In this document: piece after piece, positions 34,324-43,851 of the stretch
Layout: the number at the start of each line of letters is the position of its first letter
Numbering within the stretch: the stretch's first letter is position 1
DNA from: Minisyncoccota bacterium
Lineage (GTDB): Bacteria; Patescibacteriota; Minisyncoccia; Phycocordibacterales; UBA9973
Assembly (NCBI GenBank): GCA_035438585.1
Contig: DAORIO010000002.1
Span: 1-48,257, forward strand
DNA: 48,257 nucleotides
Direction: 5' to 3'
Translations under genes and position numbers: made by a program
Notes under the pieces: model-generated
What the model saw: the letters and a program-made list of their open reading frames with translations, nothing else
Database searches by the model: none
What the model was told of the DNA's origin: nothing

Positions 34324-34379
34324 AAGAGAAGTTTATCATTAATTTTTATTTATGTTAGTATTTGGAAAACTTCCACAAA

Positions 34380-34595
34380 ATGGTCAATAAAATAAAAGCC
34401 TTCTTTCGTGCGCGAAGGATTAAGAAAATCAGGGAAACTCCCGAAATATATCGATATATTAAATTCAAAGAACGAGGTAGCTTATATATCGAAACAGAAG
34501 ATTTCTTTAAGCTAAAAAAAGTTCGTTCGACTATTGTAGAAATAATGAATAGTAATTTCTACAAAAACACGTTCAAAAAGACCCCGCATTCGTGA
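34380..34595 (+). CDS. Hypothetical basic 71-aa protein
   Basis: ATG at 34380 (the track start at 34362 is TTG). TGA stop lies inside a terminator hairpin. No homology recognised. Confidence 0.4.
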   Translation: MVNKIKAFFRARRIKKIRETPEIYRYIKFKERGSLYIETEDFFKLKKVRSTIVEIMNSNFYKNTFKKTPHS

Positions 34596-34608
34596 GGTCT
34601 TTTTTTAT
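34577..34608 (+). terminator. Terminator
   Basis: AAGACC (34578-34583) / GGTCTT (34596-34601), then a T-run. Confidence 0.65.
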
Positions 34609-34630
34609 TCAAAATAATCCATCTTTCGTG

Positions 34631-34636
34631 TATAAT
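34631..34636 (+). promoter_or_regulatory. -10 box (TGTATAAT context) 8 nt before the ftsH ATG
   Basis: TATAAT at 34631-34636 is preceded by TG, and the ATG is at 34645. Confidence 0.4.
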
Positions 34637-34644
34637 TACACACA

Positions 34645-36579
34645 ATGAAAGCTAAAAAAGACATAAATCCAAACAATAACCCAGTAAAAAAATCGGGGGA
34701 GCCGAAGTTATCAAAAATGATAACAACTGTATTATTAATATTTTTAATGGTCACTGTTGCGTATTCGCTTGTTTCTGAAAATAAAAAAGCTGAAAAAGAA
34801 GTTGTTTCTATTTCAGAACTCGCAAGTGCCGTCCAAAGAGAAGAAGTAAAATCTATTTTAGTTGAAGGTTCAAAACTAACTGTTACATTTGGGGATGACT
34901 CTATAAAAGAATCAAAAAAAGAAGCTGAAAGTTCTTTGTCTGAAAGCTTTTCAAATTATGGAGTGGCACCAGAAGTACTTTCTAAGGTAAAGATTGAAAT
35001 AAAAGACGAGAGTGGTTTTGGTTATGTTTTATTAAATATTTTGCCAATTCTTTTGCCTGTTTTACTTTTTGTTGTTTTTATCTGGCTTATCAGTCGGCAA
35101 ATGAAAGGCTCAGGTATGCAGGCTTTTACATTTGGACAATCAAAAGCAAAAATCACAGATCCGAGTGATAAAAATAATCGCGTTACTTTTAAAGATGTCG
35201 CTGGTGTAAAAGAAGCAAAAGAAGAACTAAAAGAAATAGTAGATTTTCTAAAGAACCCAAAAAAGTTTATCGACATCGGAGCGAGAATTCCAAAAGGAGT
35301 TATTTTGACTGGTGCACCCGGAACTGGAAAGACTCTACTTGCACGAGCTGTTGCAGGAGAAGCGGGTGTCCCATTTTTTCATTTGTCAGGATCAGAATTT
35401 GTTGAAATGTTTGTTGGAGTAGGTGCATCGCGTGTAAGAGATCTTTTTCAAATGGCAAAAAAATCTGCTCCCTCAATTATTTTTATAGATGAGATAGATG
35501 CTGTTGGAAGAGTCAGGGGTTCGGGTCATGGTGGGGGAAATGACGAAAGAGAGCAGACACTAAATCAAATTCTAGTTGAGATGGATGGCTTTGATCCAAA
35601 TGAGAAAGTTATTGTAATGGCTGCGACAAATAGGTCTGATGTATTAGACCCAGCCCTACTTCGTCCGGGGCGATTTGATCGACGAGTTGTTCTTGATCTT
35701 CCAGATAGAAGTGATAGAGAAGAGATTTTGAGAATTCACGCCGTCAAAAAACCATTGACCGAAGATGTGCAATTCAAAGTTATCGCCGAAAGAACTTCTG
35801 GATTTTCTGGAGCAGAACTTTATTCTCTTATGAACGAAGCTGCGATTTTAGCAGCACGTGAAAACCGCAAATCTGTTTCGCAATATGATTTGGTTCGCTC
35901 TATTGAAAAAGTAATGATGGGGCCAGAAAGAAAAAGTCATTTGTTTAGTAAAAAAGAAAAAGAAATTACGGCATATCATGAAGCGGGGCACGCAATTTTG
36001 GCATCACTTTTGCCGTACGCAGATCCTGTTCATAAGGTTTCGATTGTTGCACGTGGACGAGCTGGAGGTTACACAATGAAAATTGCCATTGAAGATAAAA
36101 AACTTCAAAGTAAAAAAGAATACTTTGATGATATTGTTGTTTCTTTAGGTGGATATGTTGTTGAAGAAGAAGTGTTTGGTGACATTACAACTGGCCCATC
36201 AAACGATTTACAAGTTTCAACAGCACTTGCTCGAGCGATGGTCACAAGATGGGGGATGAGTGATGAAATCGGCCCAATAGCGCTTGAGTCAGATGGAGGA
36301 AAAACTCTTTTTGGGCAAGGTGTAAATGATAAAGAGTATTCTGAAAACATGTCTTCAATTATTGATGCGGAAGTAAGGAAGATAATAAAAGGTGCGTTTG
36401 AAGTAGCCAAAAAGACTATAAAAGAGAACAGAAAGGCCCTAGACGCTATAGCAAAAGCTCTATTGGATAAGGAGACATTAGAACAGGCAGAATACGAAAA
36501 AATCCTTGTTTTGCAAGGAATTGATCCACAAAAAGGAAAGGCAACTATACAAAAGGAGACTCTTGACATTATAGCTTAG
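34645..36579 (+). CDS. ftsH: ATP-dependent zinc metalloprotease FtsH
   Basis: [27 protein letters not shown], the second region of homology, and the HEAGHA zinc motif. Confidence 0.97.
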   Translation: MKAKKDINPNNNPVKKSGEPKLSKMITTVLLIFLMVTVAYSLVSENKKAEKEVVSISELASAVQREEVKSILVEGSKLTVTFGDDSIKESKKEAESSLSESFSNYGVAPEVLSKVKIEIKDESGFGYVLLNILPILLPVLLFVVFIWLISRQMKGSGMQAFTFGQSKAKITDPSDKNNRVTFKDVAGVKEAKEELKEIVDFLKNPKKFIDIGARIPKGVILTGAPGTGKTLLARAVAGEAGVPFFHLSGSEFVEMFVGVGASRVRDLFQMAKKSAPSIIFIDEIDAVGRVRGSGHGGGNDEREQTLNQILVEMDGFDPNEKVIVMAATNRSDVLDPALLRPGRFDRRVVLDLPDRSDREEILRIHAVKKPLTEDVQFKVIAERTSGFSGAELYSLMNEAAILAARENRKSVSQYDLVRSIEKVMMGPERKSHLFSKKEKEITAYHEAGHAILASLLPYADPVHKVSIVARGRAGGYTMKIAIEDKKLQSKKEYFDDIVVSLGGYVVEEEVFGDITTGPSNDLQVSTALARAMVTRWGMSDEIGPIALESDGGKTLFGQGVNDKEYSENMSSIIDAEVRKIIKGAFEVAKKTIKENRKALDAIAKALLDKETLEQAEYEKILVLQGIDPQKGKATIQKETLDIIA

Positions 36580-36597
36580 CTATGGTATCATAGAGGT

Positions 36598-37335
36598 ATG
36601 AATAAAATCATATCAAAAATTTATATAGTTATTTTAGGACTTGTTTTTATCCTACCTATAGGAGCTTTTGCAGAAGGGCAAGGTTCTTACTTCTCGGCTA
36701 ATACTCTAAGTGCCACAAGTATAACTACTTCAACCGCAAAACTAAGCGGATCTGTTTCTTTCGATGAAGGATCAGGAACTGCATGGTTTGAGTATGGTAC
36801 AAATTATAACCTTGATGAAAGCACTAGTGTTCTTAGATACGTTTCTAAGTATGAAGGTGTAGCCCAAGGTATATCAAAATCAATAGGTTCTCTAAAAGCT
36901 AATACAACTTATTATTTTAAAGTTTGTTTAGAAACTAATATACGAGGTGTTACTTGTGGAAACACAATGTCCTTCAAGACAAAATCAGCACCAGTTGCGA
37001 CAACAGTTTCAAGTTCAACTTCAACTTCAACAAATAGTAGTTCAAATTCAAATTCAAACTCAAGTTCAAGCTCTAGTTCATCTTCGTCAAATACAAATGA
37101 CGATGATAAAAAAGATGACAATAAAGAAGATGAAAATTCTCAAACTGCTTCTGTCGCTGGATCAACAAGAGATGGAAATTTCTTACCAGACACTTTTCTT
37201 GAATGGATTCTAACTATTGTTCTAATATTCTTTATCGTATTGTTTGGTAGATATTTATATCTAAAAAGACAAGAAGAAAAAGAAGAGGAAGAGAAGAGAA
37301 AAAAAGAAATGTTAATTAGAGGCCAGATGGCCTAA
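36598..37335 (+). CDS. Secreted/membrane-anchored protein with Fn3-like domain, Ser-rich linker and C-terminal TM helix
   Basis: Signal-like N-terminus, then AKLSGSV...AWFEYGTN...LKANTTYYFKV...G..CG..MSFKT. This is followed by an S/N/D low-complexity stretch, then LEWILTIVLIFFIVLFGRYLYL and a K/E tail. Confidence 0.7.
   Translation: MNKIISKIYIVILGLVFILPIGAFAEGQGSYFSANTLSATSITTSTAKLSGSVSFDEGSGTAWFEYGTNYNLDESTSVLRYVSKYEGVAQGISKSIGSLKANTTYYFKVCLETNIRGVTCGNTMSFKTKSAPVATTVSSSTSTSTNSSSNSNSNSSSSSSSSSSNTNDDDKKDDNKEDENSQTASVAGSTRDGNFLPDTFLEWILTIVLIFFIVLFGRYLYLKRQEEKEEEEKRKKEMLIRGQMA
37009..37090 (+). repeat. Imperfect TCA/AGT-rich short tandem repeats encoding the poly-Ser/Asn linker
   Basis: TCAAGTTCAACTTCAACTTCAACAAATAGTAGTTCAAATTCAAATTCAAACTCAAGTTCAAGCTCTAGTTCATCTTCGTCA. 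Confidence 0.6.
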
Positions 37336-37338
37336 ATC

Positions 37339-37366
37339 AAAAAATCCCGCAATGCGGGATTTTTTG
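37339..37366 (+). terminator. Terminator
   Basis: ATCCCGC (37344-37350) / GCGGGAT (37354-37360), T-run, then TTGACT at 37371. Confidence 0.85.
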
Positions 37367-37370
37367 TTTG

Positions 37371-37398
37371 TTGACTTCTGTGTGTCCGGGAGTAGTAT
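37371..37398 (+). promoter_or_regulatory. Candidate promoter for the 99-aa ORF
   Basis: TTGACT (37371-37376), 16-nt spacer, TAGTAT (37393-37398). Confidence 0.5.
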
Positions 37399-37416
37399 TA
37401 AAAAAAATTAAATAAA

Positions 37417-37716
37417 ATGGAAAATAAAAACTTATATTGCTTGTCTGTAAAAGACTCAAATTTTACTGGACTAAATTTTTTGCCGATAGATAAAGCCCCT
37501 GTTGGTTTAGAGGTTGATCTTAAGAATGGGAAGTGGAGAAATAGTTCTCAGACTCTTTCCCGTGGCGATAAACCTCAAGAAGGTAAATGGCAAATAATTG
37601 GATTGAATGGAGTAGGCTCAATTAATTCTGGTTGCGATGTAAGGCTAGTATTTGATGTTACAAATATTGACCATATCGAAAAGGCATTAGAGGTAGTAGC
37701 TGAATTTCATCGATAA
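37417..37716 (+). CDS. Hypothetical 99-aa protein
   Basis: ATG ORF bounded by a promoter-like motif and a terminator. No homology recognised. Confidence 0.5.
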   Translation: MENKNLYCLSVKDSNFTGLNFLPIDKAPVGLEVDLKNGKWRNSSQTLSRGDKPQEGKWQIIGLNGVGSINSGCDVRLVFDVTNIDHIEKALEVVAEFHR

Positions 37717-37738
37717 TATTTAAATATTACAAATTAAG

Positions 37739-37773
37739 ATAAAACTCACTGGTTATTACTTTGTGAGTTTTTT
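37739..37773 (+). terminator. Terminator
   Basis: AAACTCAC (37741-37748) / GTGAGTTT (37762-37769) with a 13-nt loop and a T-run. Confidence 0.65.
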
Positions 37774-37816
37774 ATTGCCTTTAATTCTTTTTTTATGTAA
37801 CATCTTTTATGCGTAT

Positions 37817-37890
37817 CCGCCCTTAGCTCAGTTGGTTAGAGCACAGAGCTTATACCTCTGGGGTCCATGGTTCGAATCCATGAGGGCGGA
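37817..37890 (+). tRNA. tRNA-Ile, anticodon UAU
   Basis: Hand fold: acceptor CCGCCCU/AGGGCGG, D arm GCUC-AGUUGGUUA-GAGC, anticodon arm CAGAG-CUUAUAC-CUCUG, variable GGGUC, T arm CAUGG-UUCGAAU-CCAUG, discriminator A. CCA is not encoded. Confidence 0.85.
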
Positions 37891-37897
37891 CAATCAG

Positions 37898-37906
37898 TGC
37901 TATAAT
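37898..37906 (+). promoter_or_regulatory. Extended -10 (TGCTATAAT) 6 nt before the ATG at 37913
   Basis: TG-C-TATAAT at 37898-37906, directly after the tRNA-Ile 3' end. Confidence 0.45.
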
Positions 37907-37912
37907 TTATTT

Positions 37913-39634
37913 ATGCGCGGAAAAAAATTTTTCCTTATAACTTCTTCTTTCTTAATTGGGGTGGCGATTATGTCATTTGTTGCTTTAAATTTGGGCAAGG
38001 TGACTTATAGTCTTCATTATAATAATGAAATTGTTATAAAGTTTAACAAAGAAGTAAAAATAACTACGGGAATTTTGACAGACCCCTTTGTAAAAGCCGA
38101 CGTGAAGACTAGAGGACTTTTTGGAACTAAAGAAATACGAATAATCCCGACTGATGATTTTCCAAAAGGGGAGAACATAAAAATAAATTTTGAATATAAA
38201 AAAGTTTTTACAAATAAAGTACTTTCCTTTGAAGATTCAGTAAACATTCCTATTAGTTCTGATATAAAGTCTTTTAATATAAACGAAGTAAATGGCTTTG
38301 TTTCTGTAAATCCTAAGATTACGCTAGAAGTAAATTCTTTGGAAGAAAATAATTACAACGTAAAGATAAAAGAATTTCAAAGTGTTTGGAAAAAAGATTC
38401 TTCATTAGGTAAGGTAACTTTTGAGCCGGCGGATAATTTGCCGTTGGGGGTAGAGCTAACTTTTGTTTTGTTAGAGGGAGATAATATTTTATATGAAAAA
38501 AAATTTATTACATCTGATCAGCCAAGAATTGTTGATATAACAAAAAAGGATTATTTTTTACCAGGTGATGTCGTGGATATATATTTTAGTAAACCGATGG
38601 ATATAAAATCAGAACCTTTGAGCATAAAGGCTCCAGGGAGTGGTAAATGGATAAGCGAGACATACTACTCTTTTACTTTGGGGGATATTGAGCCAGGTGG
38701 TCAGTACTTGTTTGAATTAAAAAGTGGTTCAATGTCGAAAGATGGAGGGTTTGTAATTGATGCACAAAGCTATATAGTAAAGGCGCCAGGAGAAGTTACT
38801 GCAGATATAATTCGATCAGAGGACGATTCTCAAATAAAAGTTGTATTCAATCAACCGGTAGATAAAAAAGATGTAGAGTTTAGATTTTTAACTGTTCCAA
38901 AAATCAACGGAACTTTTTCGTGGTCTGAAAATACAATGTTTTTTAATATCGATAAACTCTCTTATGAAACTACATATAACATAACAGTTCCAAGAGAAAT
39001 AAAACCATCTTTTGGTATTCCAAATAAAAAAAGTTTTAATCTTTCTTTTACAACAGAACCAATGCCTTTCAAAAATGACATTCCTATTTCAAAAACAAAA
39101 TATGTTAAAGGTGGAAGTCTGTCAGCTATAGTAAATGTTTTGGCATTTTATAAAATAAAAGCAACCGAAGAAACAATTTTACAAAAAATGGGACAAGATA
39201 CATCTATTCGTTCGGGAAATACTTGGGGTGATCCGAGAAAAGTTTTTGTTGGGCCATATAATGAATTAAGTGGTTACGGTGTTCATGCTGGAGTTATTGC
39301 CAGGGTAATATCTAGTTATGGAAAAAATGTAACACTTTTAACTAGTCCGTCAGTTCAGTCTATTGCTAAAGAAGTATTTGCAGGAAAGGTTGTGATTGTT
39401 ATTTCGGCTGATGGGGCGGACTCTTGGCAGGTTGCCGAAGGAACTACAATAAAAACAGGAAAAAATATAAAGTACCAAATCGTATCAGGGGTTTATGGTA
39501 AATCTAGTCTCAAAGGTTTTTTCCTTAATGACCCACAAACAGGGCAGATTTATAAATATATAACAGCAAGTTCTATGGCAACTCTTCTTAAAAATGTTAC
39601 TGGCGTGACCGATCAGGTGATAGTTGTAAAATAA
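37913..39634 (+). CDS. Membrane-anchored protein with Ig-like repeats and a C-terminal peptidase-C39-like domain
   Basis: Start moved to the ATG at 37913 because the track's N-terminus reads through tRNA-Ile. There is an N-terminal TM helix and repeated beta-rich modules. The C-terminal GGSLSAIVNVLAFYK...WGDP...GYGVHAGVIARV...NDPQTG is colinear with C39-like domains, but Ser sits where the catalytic Cys is expected (tentative). Confidence 0.7.
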   Translation: MRGKKFFLITSSFLIGVAIMSFVALNLGKVTYSLHYNNEIVIKFNKEVKITTGILTDPFVKADVKTRGLFGTKEIRIIPTDDFPKGENIKINFEYKKVFTNKVLSFEDSVNIPISSDIKSFNINEVNGFVSVNPKITLEVNSLEENNYNVKIKEFQSVWKKDSSLGKVTFEPADNLPLGVELTFVLLEGDNILYEKKFITSDQPRIVDITKKDYFLPGDVVDIYFSKPMDIKSEPLSIKAPGSGKWISETYYSFTLGDIEPGGQYLFELKSGSMSKDGGFVIDAQSYIVKAPGEVTADIIRSEDDSQIKVVFNQPVDKKDVEFRFLTVPKINGTFSWSENTMFFNIDKLSYETTYNITVPREIKPSFGIPNKKSFNLSFTTEPMPFKNDIPISKTKYVKGGSLSAIVNVLAFYKIKATEETILQKMGQDTSIRSGNTWGDPRKVFVGPYNELSGYGVHAGVIARVISSYGKNVTLLTSPSVQSIAKEVFAGKVVIVISADGADSWQVAEGTTIKTGKNIKYQIVSGVYGKSSLKGFFLNDPQTGQIYKYITASSMATLLKNVTGVTDQVIVVK

Positions 39635-41797
39635 TTATTCAAAATGACTCGTCGATTCACGAACATCCACTTTAATCTTAAGAATTGGATGTTTTTCTAT
39701 TTCAGGATCTTGCGCAATTAAATCTTTGGCTTCATTTCGTGCTGCTTCTACCATTTTCAAATTTTTAATTGCTTCCATCCCAATGTCTGTGATGCCCCAT
39801 TGTTTACCACCACCAAGCTCTCCAGCTCCACGCAAAACCAAGTCCATTTCAGCAAGTTCAAACCCGTTTTTAGCAGTGGAAATAGCTTTCAGTCTTTCGG
39901 CAGTTTTTTCATTTGAGCTATCAGTAAATAGATAACAATAAGGCTGATGTGTGCTTCTCTGAACTCTTCCACGAAGTTGGTGAAGTTGGGCAAGGCCAAA
40001 ACGTTCAGCGCCTTCAATAATAATAGAAGTTGCATTCGGGACATTTACCCCGACTTCAACAACAGAAGTCGCAATCAAGATATCAATTTTACCTTCGGCA
40101 AAATTTTCCATAACTTCTTCTTTTTTATCTTTGGTTAATTTTGAGTGAAGGGTTCCAATGGTGTATTCTGGAAAAACATTTTTTTTGAGACGCGCAGCCT
40201 CACTACTGACAGATTTTAAAATAAGTGCCATTTCTTTTTCTGGATCTGGATCATCGATTCGTGGACAAATTATATAAGCTTGTCTTCCAGCAATTAATTC
40301 TTTTCTAATTTTTTCATAAACAGCATCTCTTTTATTAGGTTTTACGATTTCAGTTATAACAGGTAGTCGTCCTTTTGGTTGTTCGTCGAGTATTGATAAA
40401 TCAAGGTCGCCATAAATGGTCAGTGCAAGTGTTCTAGGAATTGGAGTAGCTGTCATAGAAAGTAAGTGGGGGACATATTTTGAATTTTCTTTTTTGGTCA
40501 AAAGCATTCTTTGTTTTGTTCCAAAACGATGTTGTTCGTCAATAATAACCAAAGAGAGGTGTTTGAAATTTACGGTTTTTTGAATAAGAGAATGCGTCCC
40601 GATTAGAATCGGTATTTCACCATTTGCGACCCATTTCAAAAGTTGAGTTCGAGATATGTCAGTCCAGCCGTTCGGGTTTATTTTTGATGGAAATTTTTTA
40701 CAACCAGAACTTGTAATGAGTCCTATTTGAATAGGCATATGTTTGAAAAAAGAAATAAATGATTCGAAATGTTGAGTTGCAAGTATTTCTGTCGGTGCCA
40801 TATATGCTACTTGAAGGTTTCCAAAATTTTTTCCACCAGGATTTGATGTCACAACAGAGTATGAAACACTTGCCGCTACAGCTGTTTTTCCACTACCTAC
40901 ATCTCCTTCGAGAAGTCTCGACATTGGAGAATTTTTTGTGAAATCATCAACTATTGTGTTGATAGAATTTTTTTGCCCTTTTGTCATTTCAAAAGGAAAT
41001 CTCTTTATGAAAGTTTCCAATTCTTTTTTATCAACTTTTATTTTTTCAGATTCAAGTTTCGTTAGGCGAAATTTTTCTCTTTGTTTTGCGAGTTGAATCA
41101 TAAATACTTCTTCAAAAGCAAATCTTTTTCTAGAAGCAGTTGCTTCTTTCTCGCTACGAGGGGAATGGATCCAAACAAAAGCAGTTGAAAGCTTTGGAAG
41201 TTTATATCGTTCAAGAATTTCAGAAGGAATTGGGTCGATAATTGTTTCGTGAATTTTTTCTAAAAATATTTTTCTGACCGCATGAAATAAAAATTTTGAA
41301 GTTACGCCTTTTGTTTCTCTATAAACAGGATACATTATGTCGTGGTTGGTATCACCCTGAAACAGAGAATTGTGTGTGTCGATTGGAAGTTCGGGTAGAA
41401 CTTCAACTTCAGGATTGATAAGGCTCAGGCCATTTTTGTTAGAAGTTATTTTACCCGAAAGTCTTACGATCGAACCTTCTTTTATTGTTTTGACCAAAAA
41501 AACTTGATTGAACCACACAACTTTTATTTTTCCACTTTGGTCTTCAACTACCGCTTCGCCCATCGGCACACCCCCACGGAATGATTTTTTAGATTTTAGG
41601 TTTCTGATTGTTCCAAATATTGTCGCATCCTCGCCAGAATTTAATTCTTTTATTAAATGCTGTTCGCGAATACTTGAATACCTGACAGGGAAGTATCTTA
41701 AAATATCCTCAATAGTTTCAATTTTGAGTTTTTTGAGACTTAAAAGCTGAGAGCTTGTCAGTCTAAATTTTTCAGTTAGACGCATCTTTGCGTCCAT
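39635..41797 (-). CDS. recG: ATP-dependent DNA helicase RecG
   Basis: Wedge/OB N-terminus, GDVGSGKT, DEQHRFG, SMTATPIPRTL, and QLHQLRGRVQRS. Confidence 0.95.
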   Translation of the reverse strand: MDAKMRLTEKFRLTSSQLLSLKKLKIETIEDILRYFPVRYSSIREQHLIKELNSGEDATIFGTIRNLKSKKSFRGGVPMGEAVVEDQSGKIKVVWFNQVFLVKTIKEGSIVRLSGKITSNKNGLSLINPEVEVLPELPIDTHNSLFQGDTNHDIMYPVYRETKGVTSKFLFHAVRKIFLEKIHETIIDPIPSEILERYKLPKLSTAFVWIHSPRSEKEATASRKRFAFEEVFMIQLAKQREKFRLTKLESEKIKVDKKELETFIKRFPFEMTKGQKNSINTIVDDFTKNSPMSRLLEGDVGSGKTAVAASVSYSVVTSNPGGKNFGNLQVAYMAPTEILATQHFESFISFFKHMPIQIGLITSSGCKKFPSKINPNGWTDISRTQLLKWVANGEIPILIGTHSLIQKTVNFKHLSLVIIDEQHRFGTKQRMLLTKKENSKYVPHLLSMTATPIPRTLALTIYGDLDLSILDEQPKGRLPVITEIVKPNKRDAVYEKIRKELIAGRQAYIICPRIDDPDPEKEMALILKSVSSEAARLKKNVFPEYTIGTLHSKLTKDKKEEVMENFAEGKIDILIATSVVEVGVNVPNATSIIIEGAERFGLAQLHQLRGRVQRSTHQPYCYLFTDSSNEKTAERLKAISTAKNGFELAEMDLVLRGAGELGGGKQWGITDIGMEAIKNLKMVEAARNEAKDLIAQDPEIEKHPILKIKVDVRESTSHFE

Positions 41798-41799
41798 GG

Positions 41800-42171
41800 C
41801 TAAGCAATTAGAGATTTAACTTTCTCCGTTAGTTCATCAAGGGTAAAGTTTGATTTGATCATGTATTCAGTTGCGCCTAGATCTTTTGCTTTTTGAATAT
41901 CTGTTGTTTCAGAAAGATTTGAGAAAACAACCACTGGAGTTTTTGTTGTCTTTATATTTTCACGTATTTTTTTTAGTATTCCAAATCCATCAGTTCCAGG
42001 TAGTAGTAAGTCTAATAGAACACAAGAGATCTTTGCTTCTTCGTCGATTGCTTTGAATGCCTCTTCATCATTTTTTGCAATTCTAACTTTAAGGCCTTCT
42101 TTTGAAAGTCTAGTTGCTGCAAGTCCTTGTAAGAATGTGTCATCTTCTATAAGTAAAATTGTTTTTTCCAT
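41800..42171 (-). CDS. Stand-alone response-regulator receiver domain protein
   Basis: ILLIEDD...LLDLLLPG.DG....K.....TK..PVVVFSN CheY-like pattern with no output domain. The stop lies 2 nt before the recG start. Confidence 0.9.
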   Translation of the reverse strand: MEKTILLIEDDTFLQGLAATRLSKEGLKVRIAKNDEEAFKAIDEEAKISCVLLDLLLPGTDGFGILKKIRENIKTTKTPVVVFSNLSETTDIQKAKDLGATEYMIKSNFTLDELTEKVKSLIA

Positions 42172-42207
42172 AAGTATAATTTTAGCACAATGTCTTTTGT
42201 CTACAAA

Positions 42208-42981
42208 TTAAGCAATTGGTAGGGTAAAAAAGAATGTTGTTCCGTTGCCGTCCTTGCTTTCAAAACTTATTTCTCCAGAGTGTGCATCTATAATTTTTTT
42301 AGCTGTGTATAGTCCAAGTCCTGTACCTAAAGCTTTTATTGATTTTGCTTTTTCACCTCGATAGAATTTATCAAATATATGGGCTTTGTCTTCGTTTGGA
42401 ATTCCTATGCCGTTATCTTTTACAGAGACCCTAATACTTTTTTCTTCTTTTGAGATTGAAATTATTATTTTACTGCCTTTGTTTGAATATTTTAGGGCAT
42501 TTTCTATTAGATTTTGTATGACAACTCTAATTTTATCACCGTCAGCTGTGACCTTTGGTAGTTTGTCTTCGGGTTTAATAAAAACTATTTCAATATCTTT
42601 TTTGTTTGATTCACCAATAAAATCAAATAAAACACCTTCAATTATTTGCAAAATATCTACAGATTGAAATTTATAAGTAAGTCCCGTTGATTCTGCGTGA
42701 TTGATTTCAAGCATTTCTTGGACAAGTGATAGCATTCTTTCAATTGATGTCTTTTCTTTTTCAATAAAATCTTTTTGCTCTCTCGTTATTTCTCCGACAT
42801 CTCCGTCTAGTAACATTTCATTTATCCAGCGGAGCGCTGTCAGAGAAGTCCTAAGTTCATGAGCTGAGATTGAAATAACATCAGATTTGAACGCATTAAT
42901 TTTTTCTAATTGATCTATCTTTCTTTGTAAGTCTTCCATAAATTGAATTATATCTTTTTGCAGGCTTTTGGGAACTAGCAT
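42208..42981 (-). CDS. Cytoplasmic sensor histidine kinase (HisKA + HATPase_c), no TM segments
   Basis: H-box ISISAHELRTSLTAL, N-box NLIENALKYS, D/G boxes DNGIGIP and GTGLGL. The start could alternatively be the in-frame Met at 42939. Confidence 0.9.
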   Translation of the reverse strand: MLVPKSLQKDIIQFMEDLQRKIDQLEKINAFKSDVISISAHELRTSLTALRWINEMLLDGDVGEITREQKDFIEKEKTSIERMLSLVQEMLEINHAESTGLTYKFQSVDILQIIEGVLFDFIGESNKKDIEIVFIKPEDKLPKVTADGDKIRVVIQNLIENALKYSNKGSKIIISISKEEKSIRVSVKDNGIGIPNEDKAHIFDKFYRGEKAKSIKALGTGLGLYTAKKIIDAHSGEISFESKDGNGTTFFFTLPIA

Positions 42982-42992
42982 ATGATTGAGCT

Positions 42993-43769
42993 ATGACATT
43001 TTGGGATTCTATAATTTTAGGGGTGGTAGAGGGTATTACTGAATTTTTACCTATTTCGTCGACTGGCCACCTTATTTTGTTCGGCAAAATTTTAAATATC
43101 GGAGAGTCAGAGTTTTTGAAGAGCTTCAATATCGCTATTCAATTTGGGGCAATTTTAGCAGTAGTATATTTATTTCCAAAAAGATTTTTTAGAGAATGGG
43201 GGACTTTTAAAAAAATAGCTATTGCTTTTATCCCTACAATTATTTTGGGACTTATATTTTACTCAATAATAAAAAAATATTTATTGGATAATGTTACGGT
43301 AGTACTAGTCTCTCTTTTTGTTGGGGGAATATTGTTTATAATTTTAGAGAAGTTTTTAGCTAAAAAAGAAACAAAAAAAATAGATGAAGGGATTGAAGGA
43401 GTTACATATAAACAATCTTTTTTTATTGGGCTTTATCAATCACTCGCCATGATTCCTGGTGTTTCAAGATCTGCTTCGACAATTTTCGGAGGTATGCTGA
43501 TGGGAATAAGTCGTAGAACTATCGTGGAATTTTCTTTTCTTCTGGCAGTGCCTACAATGCTTGCAGCAACGGTGCTTGATGTATATAAAAATTTTGAAAG
43601 TTTTAAAGATTCACAGGTTTCATTGTTGCTTGTTGGTTTTGTTGTAGCTTTTGTTGTAGCTATATTTGCAATAAAGTTTTTGATTCGATATGTAGAGAAA
43701 AATAATTTTATTGCCTTTGGTATTTATAGGATAATTATTGCTGTTTTATTTTGGGTTGTCTTATTTTAG
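42993..43769 (+). CDS. uppP: Undecaprenyl-diphosphate phosphatase
   Basis: GITEFLPISSTGHLIL and PGVSRSASTI motifs with a multi-TM profile. Confidence 0.94.
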   Translation: MTFWDSIILGVVEGITEFLPISSTGHLILFGKILNIGESEFLKSFNIAIQFGAILAVVYLFPKRFFREWGTFKKIAIAFIPTIILGLIFYSIIKKYLLDNVTVVLVSLFVGGILFIILEKFLAKKETKKIDEGIEGVTYKQSFFIGLYQSLAMIPGVSRSASTIFGGMLMGISRRTIVEFSFLLAVPTMLAATVLDVYKNFESFKDSQVSLLLVGFVVAFVVAIFAIKFLIRYVEKNNFIAFGIYRIIIAVLFWVVLF

Positions 43770-43851
43770 GCTAAGTGCTAGTGTTTGGTTAAACAAAATA
43801 CATTAGCAAATCGAAACAACGACTTATGAGTATTTAAAGAGCATTGGCAAA

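Noticed and set aside
37763-37912. N-terminal 50 codons of the track ORF 37763-39634.
   Set aside because: This part reads straight through the tRNA-Ile gene (37817-37890). A TM-helix-bearing start at the ATG at 37913, with an extended -10 box just upstream, is far more plausible.
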